A DNA stretch of 54,726 nt from Craspedostauros australis (GCA_030167865.1 JALAGF010001124.1:1-54726); one strand, 5' to 3'. Shown: positions 35,245-51,000, counted from the stretch's first letter. Made by a program: numbers and translations. Notes: generated by a model from the sequence alone, not told the origin.

Positions 35245-37705
35245 TTAAGACATGACGCCATTCTCTTCCGGCGACAGCTCCAAGTCATTCTTCCGCGAGG
35301 AATCGGTCATCTCCGTTTCGATGGTGGATGATTTTGGTCTGCCAAAGTTGGTATTGACCACGATCATGACAATTGCCATCGCCAAACCGATGCCGACGAA
35401 TATAATGATGATCACTCGTGAAGTCTTCTTGTCAAGCCCTTTGCGCCCGCTGCTGTTGCTACCGCTGGTGCTGGCGTCTTTGCATGGCTCTGCTCCCTCT
35501 CGGTATTCCAACTTTGTCTCATCGAAAATGCCTCCAATGTCAGCGCACGTGAGACCCATGCATTCGTAGTTTCGTTCAAATGCCTGCTTCACTTTGCCGT
35601 AGTCCACCGTTGGGTAATCATCGCTTGCGCGCAAGGCATTGTGGATTTCAAAAGCATCGTCGATACTGCAATTGTGAATGACCGGAAGGATGGCGGCAGC
35701 GAAGGTGGCACCTTCGGCTTGATGCCTGGCAGTGTAGACTTCATCGTCTGCGTTGATGTGCGCATACCTCAGTGCCCCCTGGATGAGCGGGATGTACATG
35801 AGCTGGATGATTCGATTCTTGACATGCATGGCTGCATCACATCCTCTCTCGGAGAGCAGGTCGCGACCTTCATTGAAAAGCTTGAACATTTCGACGTTGA
35901 CATTGGAACTCCAGCTGGAACCACCTTCCAATGTTTGAGATGAACTTGCGCATGTATTGAACGATGCGCAACGGATATCTGCGAGGTAATACAGCATCGT
36001 GCTGTTCTCGTTGCTGACCTGCGAACCCGAGTAGTACGCCACCGCCTCGTCCCAGTAATGGGCAGGGTTGCCAGGGCCTGCAGTTCCGTACGTTATTGCA
36101 TCGGGCACGCATGTTTTGGGCGAGGCATATATTGACACGGAGCATGTAAGCATGCGAGTCGTCGCATGTCCCCGCAGGGTTGAACAGGAGTCACACGACG
36201 GAGGAGACGGTGTGAGTACGAGTACGTTGTGTGTGATGTCGGGAACATGTGAAGTGAATTTGAATCGCATTGTGACGACACGAGTAGCCCATTCTTTGGC
36301 ATGGCACTCGACCCTCTTTCTCCCTGAAATGCGAGTCCTCATCGCAAGTGCTCAAACCGCAAGGATATGCGAATGGCGCAATCGCGTCGTCGAGCCACCA
36401 CACAGATACTGAATTTGACTTACACACGAAAGAGTAGCACTGCAGACAAACCGCGATCGATTCCTCCATCTTCTGTATGACCTTCATCCAAACATGAAGA
36501 TAGACGAGTCCTTGTTCCACGACAAGCGAAAGACTTTCGCCGGCAAAACTTGTCCAGTCTGCATCGCCATGCGTGAAATCGGTCTCTCCCTCGTTGAGCG
36601 CTGCGATGAGCCAGCTGTTGGCGTACTCATAGTCGCCGTAGTACGTGACAAACTTGGTGTATTCCCTAAAAGGACAGCCCATGGTGCAATCTGCCATGTG
36701 CTGCTTGGCATCAAGGCTGAACCTCTGGATGCTGTCCGAGTTCTTGTTGTCAACTGTCTTGTTGTAGAAGTAATCGTACGTGCCATCAGTGGCGATGTAT
36801 ATGTCGGAATCTTCCCTCAAACCTGGCGTCGACAGCGATCAAAAGGGCGTAGCCGCATGGGCATGGGGAAGCGGTGTACGACGATGGCAGAGTACGTGGT
36901 GCACAATCGCAATTTCGTATTATATAATACAATACAACATATTACATGAAAGATGGATGGGCGAGACAGCAAGCGTTGATGGAGGGCATTTGATGAGTCG
37001 ATTGAATCGGTAAGCTGCAACGACAGTCCTCGTGGAGTCTGCAAGCATGCAACCAACAGTTGATTCAACCAAGAGGCCATCCTTTCCACAGAAAAGCATT
37101 CCAATCCATTCCATTCCATTCCGTTTCCGCATGTGCATGCATATGTTCATCGCCACGCGACAGAGGAATGCGCCAAGACACCACACCAATCACAGCCAGT
37201 GCCATGCCAACTTACATCCATCGAAGGAAGGATCCACAAGCCCTCCCACCTGGCACTTGCTTGCCTGGTGACTGTCGTCGTCATCGTAATCGTACGCCAA
37301 CTCCATCTGGTTGTCGCCGATCTTGTAGTCGTGCATGACCGTCATCTTGGCAGCTTGGGAATTGATGGAGGTCCCCAAGCACGTGGTTCCGGCCAGGATG
37401 GCCTTGGCCAAACCATTCTTGAGGTTGACGACCGCGTAAGGCTTCGAGTGGCCGCCCTTGCTGTAGATGGTCTCCGCGGTGACGAATCCCGTCAGACTCT
37501 CCCTGTCGAGCTGCTCGCTGATGGCCAACACGTCCAGATCGATGGCGAGCTCATCGTCCACGTTCGAATCCGGTTCGTACGCCGATATCTTTGCGCGGTC
37601 GAGGCGTCGGCGTTGGTTGGCGGTCCCAGCTCCGACCGCGGACGCCAGCGGCGGAAGCACCAGTCCCAGCACCAGCAACGGGAGGATGGATTTCATTTCG
37701 TGCAT
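35245..37705 (-). CDS. FEA1/ISIP2a (phytotransferrin)-like membrane-anchored protein, paralog B, ~573 aa, 3 exons
   Basis: Exons 37705-37216, 36822-36424, 36077-35245, phase-consistent. Signal peptide, ISAYEPDS, IDLD, YYGDYEYANSW, HYWDEAVAYYSGS, PLIQGALRYA, EGATFAAAILP, YECMGLTCADIGG, C-terminal TM. Confidence 0.8.
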
Positions 37706-38685
37706 CGCTCAATGTGCAATGCGCAATGCGCAATGGTCGACTGATTGGATATCGATAGTATTTGTTTGTGTATGTGTGTGTGTGTGCTCTGAGAGTCGGT
37801 GGAACTCGAGTATCGTCTTCTCTTGATGCTGCTCAACGGTAAATGACGACGAGGATGCTGACGGTAGGACTGGAATGTGGGCGGTTGCTCCTGTCGATCC
37901 CACCAAACTGCGAAGCTCGATTACAGGCGCGAGAACGGTTGCGAAGTTGGCGTCCTTGGTGTCGGTACAAGTCACTCGTTCGCGCAATGTTGCCTCTGCA
38001 GTCTTTGTTCACCTGGTTTGTGACCACCGCAGTTGTGGGAAGATGGAAGAAATGGCACGGTCTCCATCCTTTTTCGCCAAACTTTTGCGCCCAAACAGGA
38101 AACTGGTGAATTTCGGTGTCCGATTCGTGACTGTACATGTATTCGGGAATTAAATACTGGCTTAGACCCTTACTGACATGCTCTGACTTCTTTCTCCTTT
38201 GTTTTCACGAGTCGATCTGCGAGATACCTTGCGCGAACTCCACAACTCGGTTTCTGTCTTGAGGTTGTCCAACGCGCGCATCTTTTGGAGCAGTATTTCT
38301 GTTCCTCTCCTTGGCGTGTCCACGTTCCTCGCGTGGGTGTGTCTCTGTCGCTCCGGAGTATCTGGGGGCAGAACGGGTCCCAGAGAGAGTGGCCTCGCCT
38401 CCAACGACACATTCTCCATCGGTGTTGAGTGTCAGCTGGCCTCTCTGGTGGCTGACATCCTTTCTGCGCTTCAATGATCACGTTTCACGCAACAAATTGG
38501 AAGCGCACAGACAGAGCAAGCTCAAGCTATCGCTCCACTCCCCTCCATAATATTACAAGACTTGACTCTGAAGCAAGTCCAAGATCGGGCAGAGGAAGCA
38601 AGACCACGCCGCACAAGTGCCCACCGATACCCACAAAGTCTCCATCGCTACCGATCGACGTGATCACAATCCCAAGCCAAAGACG

Positions 38686-41111
38686 ATGATCACGATGATG
38701 GACATGATCGCAAATGCGAACACGATGGTGTCAGCCTGTCAATCAAAGGTGCTTGCCATCTCCATGCTTCTCTTCGCCACTGCAACATGCATCGATGCAA
38801 TCTACCTACCGGGGGTTGACCCTCACAGCTTCCGTGCGCACGATGTGTAAGTGACACAGCAACACATGCAGATTGCTTGCCCAATTGTATCATTGATCAT
38901 CATCCTGTATCATCGTTCGCCACGTGCCCACCAACGGCGCACTTCTTGTGTTCCCACCACACACATACACACACCCGCAATCCATCTTCCTCACAACGTA
39001 TTATTACATGTCATCATCGTACACTGCCATAACATCATAATATCTCGGATGGCTGCCTTGCCCTGCCCGACCCTTCCCACATGCGTGCAATGCGCACACC
39101 TATCACACATTCCCCCAAAAACAGGGTTCCATTGCACGTCGGCAAGCTGACATCCTCCGCAGCTCTCTTCCCGATGGACTACTACGGGCTGCCGTTTTGT
39201 CGGCCAGCTGCTGGCGTTCACCACCTAGATCAGAACTTTGGCCAGTTGCTGGCTGGTGATCGTACCTCTACTTCCCCATACGAACTCCGCATGCAACAGG
39301 AAGTGTACTGCCAGCAGCTCTGTTCCATGGACTTGGGGTCAGCTCAAAAGGATGGCACCGAGCCGAACACGATCGTGGCTGCCATCCAAAATGCGTACCA
39401 TCACCACTGGATTGTGGACAATTTGAACTCTGCCGCAGTCATGAAGCCCAAAAACAAAACCGCAACCAACTATTGGCAAGGATTCCCTGTTGGCTTCGTC
39501 TCCGCCAAGGATGGTTTGGCTTATGTCAACAACCACGTGAACATCATCGTCACCTTCCACTCAGAAGACTTTGAGCCTGATTCCCACCGCATCGTGAAGT
39601 TCGCCGTCGAGCCCCTTTCGATCAAGCATGATTTCGCCCCAGCCGAAACGAAGGGGGAAGAAGGCTTCGACGGCGTGATTCCGGATCAATTCGAAATTCT
39701 CAATCCACTCGAATCGTCCAAGAAGGACAGCCGTGAACATACGACGAGGCGTATGACCACCGCTAAAGGCCGCTCGGCACAGCTTGCATCCGGCCCCGTC
39801 CTTTTTACTTACGACGTCATCTGGATAGAAGATCCTTTCACACGATGGGCATCTCGCTGGGACATTTACATGTCCAACGATGACACGATTCCTTTCTCGA
39901 GGTGTTGGCAGCAATTGTTTCGGGGGCTTGTCGACATGATCGTCATGTTGATCATGATCACCGCCATTCTCTGCCACAATTTACAGAAGCAGCGTGAGCA
40001 ATACGGGCCAATTCTCACCCATGTGGCAACTGTGGAGGATTCCATATCACTCCCAGAAGATCAACACTGGAGGCTGGTATGCCGCGACGTCTTTCGGCCA
40101 CCCCCGCCAACTGCAGCCCTGTTGCTCAGTGCAGCGTGCGGGACAGGAGCGCAACTTTTTAGCACCTCGTCACTCGTGATCATCTTTGGAGCGCTGGGAT
40201 TCTTGAATCCAGCACGGCGTGGTTCCTTGATGATGGGATGGATACTTTTCTTCGTCCTATCGGGCACAGTCAACGGCTACGTCACAGCACGCCTGTACAA
40301 GACGTTGAGAGGGGGCGCATGGCGATGGGCAAAATTGACGGCCTGTTTCATGCTTCCAGTTCCTGCAGTGGTCGTCTTCGCCTTCATGGACCTGCTGTCC
40401 TGGAGAATGGGCTCAACACTTGCGGTGCCATTCATGTCGGCGTTGGCTGTCTGTGCGATCTTGCTCGCTTTCCACGTCATGTTCGTCTCTGCCGGGGCAC
40501 GTTTTGGATACTCTGCGTCTCCCGTCGAGTCTCCGATGCCGATATCTGACGTCCCGCAACAGATACCAAAGCAACCTCGATTCATGAATCCATTCATCAC
40601 CACGATAGCCTGTGGCATATTCCCATGCACTCTAATCTTCGCAGAGCTGACCTTGATATTGGCGAACTTGTGGAAGGGGTACACCAACTATGCCTTTGGC
40701 TACACCTTGATGGTCTTCATTCTCTTCGCAATCGAATGCGCCATGATCAGTATCCTCGTTGCATACCTTCAGTTGTGCAACAGGGACTATCACTGGTGGT
40801 GGCGCTCTTTCTGCACAGCTGGATCTCCGGTGATCTACATCTTCATCGTCGTCATCATTTTCGGCACCAGGCACCTGGGCATCTCCTCTGTCGAAGCGAT
40901 GATCTTGTACTATGGGTACATGGCGTTCTTCAGCCTGTGCGCCTTCGTCATGCTGGGTGCGGTCGGCTTTTTTGCAACCTTCTGGTTCACCCTGAAGCTC
41001 TACAGCACCATCGAAGATGCCGACGGTCACGAAACGTCTGGGAAAGAATCCGAGCTCACACTGGACAAAGGAAGCCTGCATGAGCGTCAGGCAGTCTTGG
41101 ACCAAGCATAG
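38686..41111 (+). CDS. Transmembrane 9 superfamily (nonaspanin/EMP70) protein, divergent, 2 exons
   Basis: Exons 38686-38846 and 39125-41111. IYLPGVDP, MDYYGLPFC, NFGQLLAGDR, WIVDNL, NNHVNI, FTYDVIW, RWASRWDIY, WRLVCRDVFRPP, GTGAQ, DYHWWWRSF, multiple TM helices. Start ATG uncertain (38686-38725). Confidence 0.92.
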
Positions 41112-41531
41112 CTCGTAGGGGGGATGGGCACTGCGTCACCTGCATCGACAAGGGGACAGGTCCACACAAGGAATAGTGCACTCCCACACTCTGCATGCGC
41201 AGAGTCATGATGTATTCGTAATTGTACGTACATGGAATAGGAAGTTGTTTACAGTAATTCCTTTCTCCCAATCTTGTGTGCTGCAGTGCTCCGTAACACT
41301 GTACATGAGGCGCTCGCCGATGTAATTGTGCACGCATGTATGTGTTGTAGTCGTCAACGACGGCGCTGTCCATCCGTCCCACTGTCAACGCAAATCCTTC
41401 GAATACTCCGAGACTGATTGATGCAGAGGCACCCATGGGTACGATCCGCAATAAGCGTTCAGTCCTACTGCATGGTGTAACATTATTCTACTATGAAATA
41501 ATATGTGTTCCACCAAGGGATCCGAGCCCAT

Positions 41532-42926
41532 CTACTTCTTTTTTGCGCCGTCCACCTCCTCCTCCTCCTCCTCTTCTTCAAGCTGCTGCATAAGCTCTTC
41601 CTTGTGCATCGCGCGAAGGTGCGGGTAGAAGGTGACGACGAGGCCGTCCTCCGTCCCACCCTCGAACAGCTTGACGATGCCATGGCTGGAGTGCTTACAC
41701 CGATGGTCCGTCACACGATCCTGAGGGAAGTTGTACGTCCGGATGCGTTCGCTGCGATCCCCACCACCCATCAACGCGCTCTTGTTGGCGCCGAGCTCAC
41801 GCTCCTTCTCGATGCGCTGCTGATCCCGCACACGCGCGGCGACAAGCTTGAGCGCCTTGTCCTTGTTCCTGTGCTGACTCCGTTCATCCTGGATGGCGGC
41901 GACGATGCCCGTGGGAATATGCGTCACGCGCACGGCGCTGTCCGTTGTGTTGACGCTTTGCCCGCCCGCTCCCGACGATCGCATGGTGTCAATGCGGAGC
42001 TCAGACATGGGCAGCAGCTCGTTGGACCCTTGCGAGCCTGTCTGCTTTTGGAGTGGCAGGGCAGCGACGGAGCATGCGCTGGTGTGGATCTTGCTGTCGT
42101 TGACGGGAACGCGCTGCACCCGATGCACGCCACTTTCGAACTTGAAGTAGCCGTAGGGACCGACCGTGGAGATGTGGTCATCGTCACCATCGATGCTGTT
42201 TTCATCGTCGCCAGCGAATCCATATGACCCTCCCCCACCTCCACCGCCCTTCGATGTGATGGAGATGACAGCATCCTTGATCCCACCCAGCTCAGTCCTG
42301 TTCTCGCTCATGATCTCCACATCGTACTTCTTGGCAGATGCGCTCTTTTGGTATGCATCCATCAACTCCGCTGCGAACAAGCATGCCTCGTCACCACCAG
42401 TTCCCGCTCGGATCTCCACGATGGTATCGCTGGTCATGTCATCTTCGTCCTTCGGCAGCACCGCCTGCAGGATGCGCTGGTCCAGCGCCTCGTTTTGTTC
42501 CGCCAACGCATCCAGCTCCACCCTGCACTCCTGCAGCAGCTCTTCGTCTTTGGCCTGCTGGGCCTCTTCCAGCAGATCCCGCAATGACGCGGTTTCTTCT
42601 TCGATGGATACCCGTCTTTCTTCCAGCACGGCCGCATGCGACAGCGATGCCAATTCTTTGCCGCCACGAAAACGATCCGAATCCTGCTGCATGTCCTGCA
42701 TCAGCTGGTCATGACGTTCCACCATGCGTTCGAACCGCCTTGTGATTGCTGACGACAGCGCGGTTCGCACCTGTTGGTATTGTGCGTCGTTCGTACAAGA
42801 ATGTGGTGTTGTGATGCTGGTGCATGGCGGCGACAGCCTCAGCTGATGTTGCTCTCCTGCGTGACATCGTACTCGTATCCGGCTGTTCACAGTCTGCTGT
42901 CGGACAATTCGAAATGACCGGATCAT
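41532..42926 (-). CDS. prfA: Organellar (probably mitochondrial) peptide chain release factor 1
   Basis: EIRAGTGGDEACLFA, KFESGVHRVQRVP, SSGAGGQSVNTTDSAVR (GGQ motif), QDERSQHRNK, DRSERIRTYNFPQDRVTDHR. Arg-rich N-terminal presequence. Confidence 0.93.
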   Translation of the reverse strand: MIRSFRIVRQQTVNSRIRVRCHAGEQHQLRLSPPCTSITTPHSCTNDAQYQQVRTALSSAITRRFERMVERHDQLMQDMQQDSDRFRGGKELASLSHAAVLEERRVSIEEETASLRDLLEEAQQAKDEELLQECRVELDALAEQNEALDQRILQAVLPKDEDDMTSDTIVEIRAGTGGDEACLFAAELMDAYQKSASAKKYDVEIMSENRTELGGIKDAVISITSKGGGGGGGSYGFAGDDENSIDGDDDHISTVGPYGYFKFESGVHRVQRVPVNDSKIHTSACSVAALPLQKQTGSQGSNELLPMSELRIDTMRSSGAGGQSVNTTDSAVRVTHIPTGIVAAIQDERSQHRNKDKALKLVAARVRDQQRIEKERELGANKSALMGGGDRSERIRTYNFPQDRVTDHRCKHSSHGIVKLFEGGTEDGLVVTFYPHLRAMHKEELMQQLEEEEEEEEVDGAKKK

Positions 42927-43493
42927 GATGTTTACCGGTGGAGAGGAGGAGAGAGCGAGAGAGATTGAAGACCGCCTCTATGAAGAGTGGATGTTGGATG
43001 ATGAGGTGCGAGTGGCGGATCACCCTTGAGATTGCCGATGAATGAGTTGCGCAATCGATGGCGATGGTGATCTTCTGAGCCATCATCTCTCGTCTGACGC
43101 AAGAATTGATGGCCTTGGTGCTTGTCGCGATGCCATGCCATCTTTCATGTCGACGCAAATTGTGACGGCGTTGGGCAGAATCGTCTGTCTGTCAGTGCGC
43201 TCTGGATATATTCGAGTTGGTCAAACGAGAATTGTTTCCCACCAAAAAATGAAGGACGAGATCTCCATCCTGCTCCACTATTTTGCAAGAAATCGCAGCG
43301 GCCCCACATGCGATGAAACACACGAAGATCTCAGCTGCCTTGTGACAAAACACGACATAGTACTCGTATCTGTATGCATTGTTACAATGGAAGACTTGAC
43401 CAGAGTATTGTGCGCGGAGTCTGTTCTATGTAACTTTGCAGCACGTGTGGCTCTGCCCACACGCATGTCGCCATTGGTTCGGCCTACTATACT

Positions 43494-45992
<2,499 letters not shown>

Positions 45993-46420
45993 TCATTTCA
46001 TGTTCAAGCGTACATATGGACAGACGGATCGGGAGAATCACGACGATCGACTCAGCGGAACAAATTAGGGACCTGACAGACCACATTGATTCAACCGACC
46101 GTGTGTTCTCCACGATGAATCTTGATCGTGACGCGATACGACAACAAGGCACGACAAAGAGTGACAACAAGAACAACACCAACAACGGCATCAGGGTCAA
46201 CGGTTTCTCGCTCTGCCCTTTCGCTCCTCTTCATTGTGGCCCAAGTGCTGTTTGTTGGGCATTGGCGGTTGGTGGCATTCTGTTCATTCCATCTTCGTTG
46301 TGTGCTTCATCATTGGACACGAGAGAGGAGAACGAGGACAACGACGGCAATCACCCACACATCGGCACTCTCATCTAAAGCAACAACAGCAACACTGGAA
46401 ACTGGGGCAGTACGCGCACG

Positions 46421-47875
46421 ATGGATCGCAGCTATGAACTTACCCCGCCGTCGCCATCAGATGAAGACTCTGACGATGGATTCGGCGAAGTGAATGGTCA
46501 GCCCAGCACCACGCCGCAGCCGTTGCGATTGATAAGCAGCAGGGTGAGGTCACAGAACCGATTCTTCATCGTGGCCATCACCCTCATGGTCATCGCGGTT
46601 GCAACCTACGGCGTCACGACCATCTACTTTGCCGATGAGACCGACTCTCTGGAGGCATACAATACGGAGACCGGTCTCCTCGGCGACGATTCCTCCCATC
46701 CCATCGTGGTGGAAGATAAGTACTCGTTGGATGGCAAGGTCGACGACAAGTACAAGGATCTCATCGACAAGCACGGCAAGCCGACCAGCACCATCGATGC
46801 TATCGAATCGAAGGTCAACCTCACGCAGAATGCACAGCAGGCTGCCGCTGCCAGATGGAATCGCACGCATCCCGGGGAGCCCATGCCGACCCCGTGCGAG
46901 CGAATCGTCCTCCGCCACAAGAACTGGATCCATCGCAACATCAGCAAAAAGGATGGTGTCAAGTACGACATTGTGGAGCAGCTTCCGCATGATGCAGGCG
47001 CATTCACGTGAGTTGCATTGGTCTTTGTACTGGTACCTACTCTGCTGGAATTGTGTGCGCAGTGATCGGCTGTCATTGCATTGAGATGCTGCGATGTGAA
47101 GTACTCTATGCTTGTATTCCAAATCCAATGACATGCTCCTCACGTTAAGCTTCATCTACTCCGTCTCTTCCAACTTCATTCATTGATTTCATGAATTCGT
47201 CGATGCCACTTCGATGGCCACAGACAAGGCGTAACGTACTATGAAGGAAAACTGTATGAATCGACGGGTCTGTACGGAGAATCAACGGTCCGAATACTCG
47301 ATGCAGCAACTGCCAAAGTGGAGAAGACAGTCGCCATGGACGAAGCGTTCTTCGGGGAAGGAATGGCGTTTCACAATGGCCTGCTGTATCAAATCACATG
47401 GAAGGAGAAGCAGGGCTTCGTTTACAACGCCACCGATCTCTCCCTCGTCAAATCGTTCGTGTACACAACGACTAAGCAGGAGGGATGGGGCATCACGCAC
47501 TACGGTTGCAAAGACGAATTCATCGTCACAGACGGCAGCAACTACCTGCACTTTTGGGACGACACTACCTTGAAGCAAAAGAGAAAGATCCCGGTCAAGC
47601 GGCTGAGCGGCAGGAGCGCGACGAAGCTCAATGAGATTGAATTATGGAGAGGGCGTGTGCTCGCGAATGTGTGGTTCGAGGATGTTATCCTCGTCATCGA
47701 TCCCGAGACCGGGAAGGTGGAGAAGGAGTACGACTTTTCCAATCTCTGGCCCAGGGCGGAGCGCAAGAAAGCGAAGGCCAACGTTCTGAATGGTATCTCC
47801 GTGTCGGAGGAAGAAGATACGCTCTATGTCACCGGGAAGCTGTGGGATCGCATCTTCAAAATCAAACTGCGCTGA
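46421..47875 (+). CDS. Glutamine cyclotransferase (plant/bacterial-type glutaminyl cyclase) with N-terminal membrane anchor, ~412 aa, 2 exons
   Basis: Exons 46421-47007 and 47224-47875. Splicing restores PHDAGAFTQG...YESTGLYG. Also FGEG, EGWG, TDGS, LNEIE, ANVW, VLNGI, VTGKLW. TM FFIVAITLMVIAVATYGV. Confidence 0.92.
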
Positions 47876-48024
47876 GCACAAATGTTCTGCCCCAGTGCGA
47901 TACCCCTCGAATACTCAACCATGCGAGTACACTCTCTGGTAGAGAGAGAAAACCACATATCATACTCGCACGTAGATTTCCATGCCACAACAGTAGTTCT
48001 TTGTGATTTTCGGACGGTGCCGTC

Positions 48025-51000
48025 TTAGTTTGGTCCGTCGTCCAGCAGCCTCCGATCTATCACGCAGTACGTCACATCGTTAAGGCTTCCGTATAGAGAT
48101 TCTCCATTCTCTTTTCGATGCGCTGAGGAAGACCCATCGGAGCTTGCATCCAGCTGTTGTTGCTGGTGATTTTGATGCTGATGCTGATGGTGGTGCTGAT
48201 TGTGGTGGTAAACAACTTCCGCATTGGCAATGTCCAATCGCTTGTAGCGCTGTCTCTTCGTCTGTCGTTGTAGACCCACCACCGTACACAATATTAGCCC
48301 AATCACCAACAGCACGGAGAAAGTGATGAGGCTGTTCGGAACATGCATCTTGGCTGTCCATGCAGAGAAGTGTGGTGCAGAGTTGAAGAAAGTGGAGTAG
48401 ATGGGTATTGCGGTGAGGATTGCAGACAATGAGGCCCTGCAATCGGTGGTGTGAGCCAAAGGGTGAATGTTTGCGTTGGTGCCGAAATTGCCGTGGCCGA
48501 ACATAGAAAAGTGAGGGCAGTCGGCGTACTCAGTGTATTCGTACGTCCTCCATTGTGCACGAACGCCATGTCGATACACATCCATTTTGTATGCTACTCA
48601 CATTCGGGCAATGTGTCACGGATGATGGTCGTGTTCCATTTCTTGAGGTAGGAACCATCGTGCGCCAAACAAGTGGGTCCAGTATGGCCTTCTTTACATT
48701 TGCAACGGCCATCAAGCAAGCATGATCCCATGGTGGTGCCGCCACAATCAGCGTCAGTGTTGCAGGAAGCGCCTCCTTTCTCCACGGGCAGCAGCGGGTA
48801 CTTCTGCTCCTTGGATTTGTATCGATCTTCGTGACCTTTGATGAAAAGCGCCGTCGGCCGTTTCTGCGGGGAGCACCCCTGGATGTGCTTGTCCTCCGTC
48901 ATGGCCTGATACACACGCACGTATTCGATGTCGAAGGATGCGGGAAGGTTATCGCAATATCCTTCCGGAAGACCGCACATGCAATCCAGATCGTCGCAGT
49001 TGAAACACGCGCAGTCGCAGCCCTCCGGACATGGCATGGGGAAGCCCCAGTTCTTCGAGACGGCAGTATTCATCAGAAGGTACATCGGCTCGCTGGGGAT
49101 TTCCGTTCCGGTGATATTCAGGTTTGCCCCGTCAATGCCGTAGATGAACACTTCATCCGTGTACCATTTGATGTACCCACCAGATCCGTCCTCCTCCGGC
49201 GGCTCCCATTCTACTCTGAATATGTGCTGCTCTTCGTAGAAGGTGCTAGTGAGTTGAAGATTGGCAGACAGCGCGTCCGCCTGGTAGGTATACCGCTTTG
49301 GTTCGTGGACCAATGTGACACCGTAAAAGAATGGATTCAATTCTGATCTCGAAGTGCTTCTGTTTGAGTATTGCATGCCCTCGTACCAGTGGCCCTGTCA
49401 GCGATGCGTCAACAATGGAGGTAATTGAGTGCAGTGTGGATGATGTGTGTGTGTGGCGTGTGCATGAATGATGCAAGGTGTCAATTCGCCATGGTCAGAC
49501 CACGTTCATGCTCGAAGTGCGTGCCAGTGGAGATAATCAACAAATTGTTGACCAGACACATATGAACTTGCACTTCAATTCAAGCATCGATCAACAAGCA
49601 AGGAAGCTAACGAGCAAACGAAGGCACTCACCTTTCGTGGTGGCTTTCCCAGAATCGGTCTGCCTCTCGGTACACCGGGAGCCAACTGCAGCCAGATTTC
49701 AATCAACCACGTCCAGGGTCAGCGACGCGTGAGTACAAACACGCCATTGATGAAAGTTGAGCAATCGTTAGAAAGCATGAGGAATGTGACAACTGTGCCC
49801 ATGTGAACTATGCACGCAGAGCGTGACATGAGATTCGCGGCATGGGGATATTGGCTGCCAGCCGCAAGCTTTTCGCTGCCCGCTGCTCTCGACTTTCATG
49901 CTCTATGTAAACATGCATCAACCTGTGATAAGAGGCAATGGGAAGCGACGTCTGACGTACCTGCAACGATGCTGATTGGTATGGCCGCGTGATGTTTGTG
50001 TTCGGAAGCTTCTCCTTATCCCCTTGCATGGCTTCGATGATGTCAATCTCAGGCGCACCCCTCCCTCTGTTCGATGTCAAGCCGAAATGGTTGACCTGAG
50101 AGCAGGCGCTGATTTCTTGGCTCACTCTCGTCTTCGGATCGCATTGATTGTAGCTGAACGGCCACATGTGATCCGATGAGCCGACGAACGTGGCTCGCGC
50201 AAGATTCCCCAAGAGCCACACTGCCATCCACCAGTACCACAGTTCAACATGCACGAGAGCCAAGGGTGTTTGTTTTTCCGTCGATCGAGATAGGTCGTAA
50301 TGTGAGAGACTGGATTTCTGTCATTGCACACAATGTTGGAGTTGAGTAGAGCACAATGGTTCCACCAAGCAACAGGAAGGGGAAGATGCGATCGCTTTTT
50401 CCCATCCCAATCCCAACAGCAACTCCAGCCAATGCAATTGGAATGCAACAGAACAACCGCGGTTTGACATCATTGACAACTCACACGCTGGCCACAATCC
50501 GCCATACCGAGGGTTACCGGGAAGCTTGGCCTTGAACTCGACGATGCCTCCCGTGAAGCAAAACTTGTTCCATCCCTGCAGCATGGCACTTTGTACATGT
50601 TTCGTGTCCCAATAGAATTTCTTCGTCTCTTCATTGAACGCTCTGTACTTGTTCTTCTTTTGGTTCGTGACGATCTTGAGCTTTCCATCTTTAGTCGAAG
50701 CATTGTCGTGGCTGTAGAAGTGCAACGCCTCGTTCGTGTCTTTCGTCGCAAATGATATGGTGGGGACGAAAGACGGAGCATTGAAAAGAAGAAGGAGAAT
50801 GAGCTGGATGCATGGCATCGACAGAACATGACGATGGGACTTTCTGCAGAATCATCTCAACGCTGTCGTCTTCGAGGTATCCCGCTTTCCATCACCATCT
50901 TCCAAACACACATGAGGGACTCACAATCATTCTTGTTCAAAGCCGTCCATCTCGGATCATTGCCGTCATGAAAGGTCCTGCCGTCCGTTTCGAATTCATC

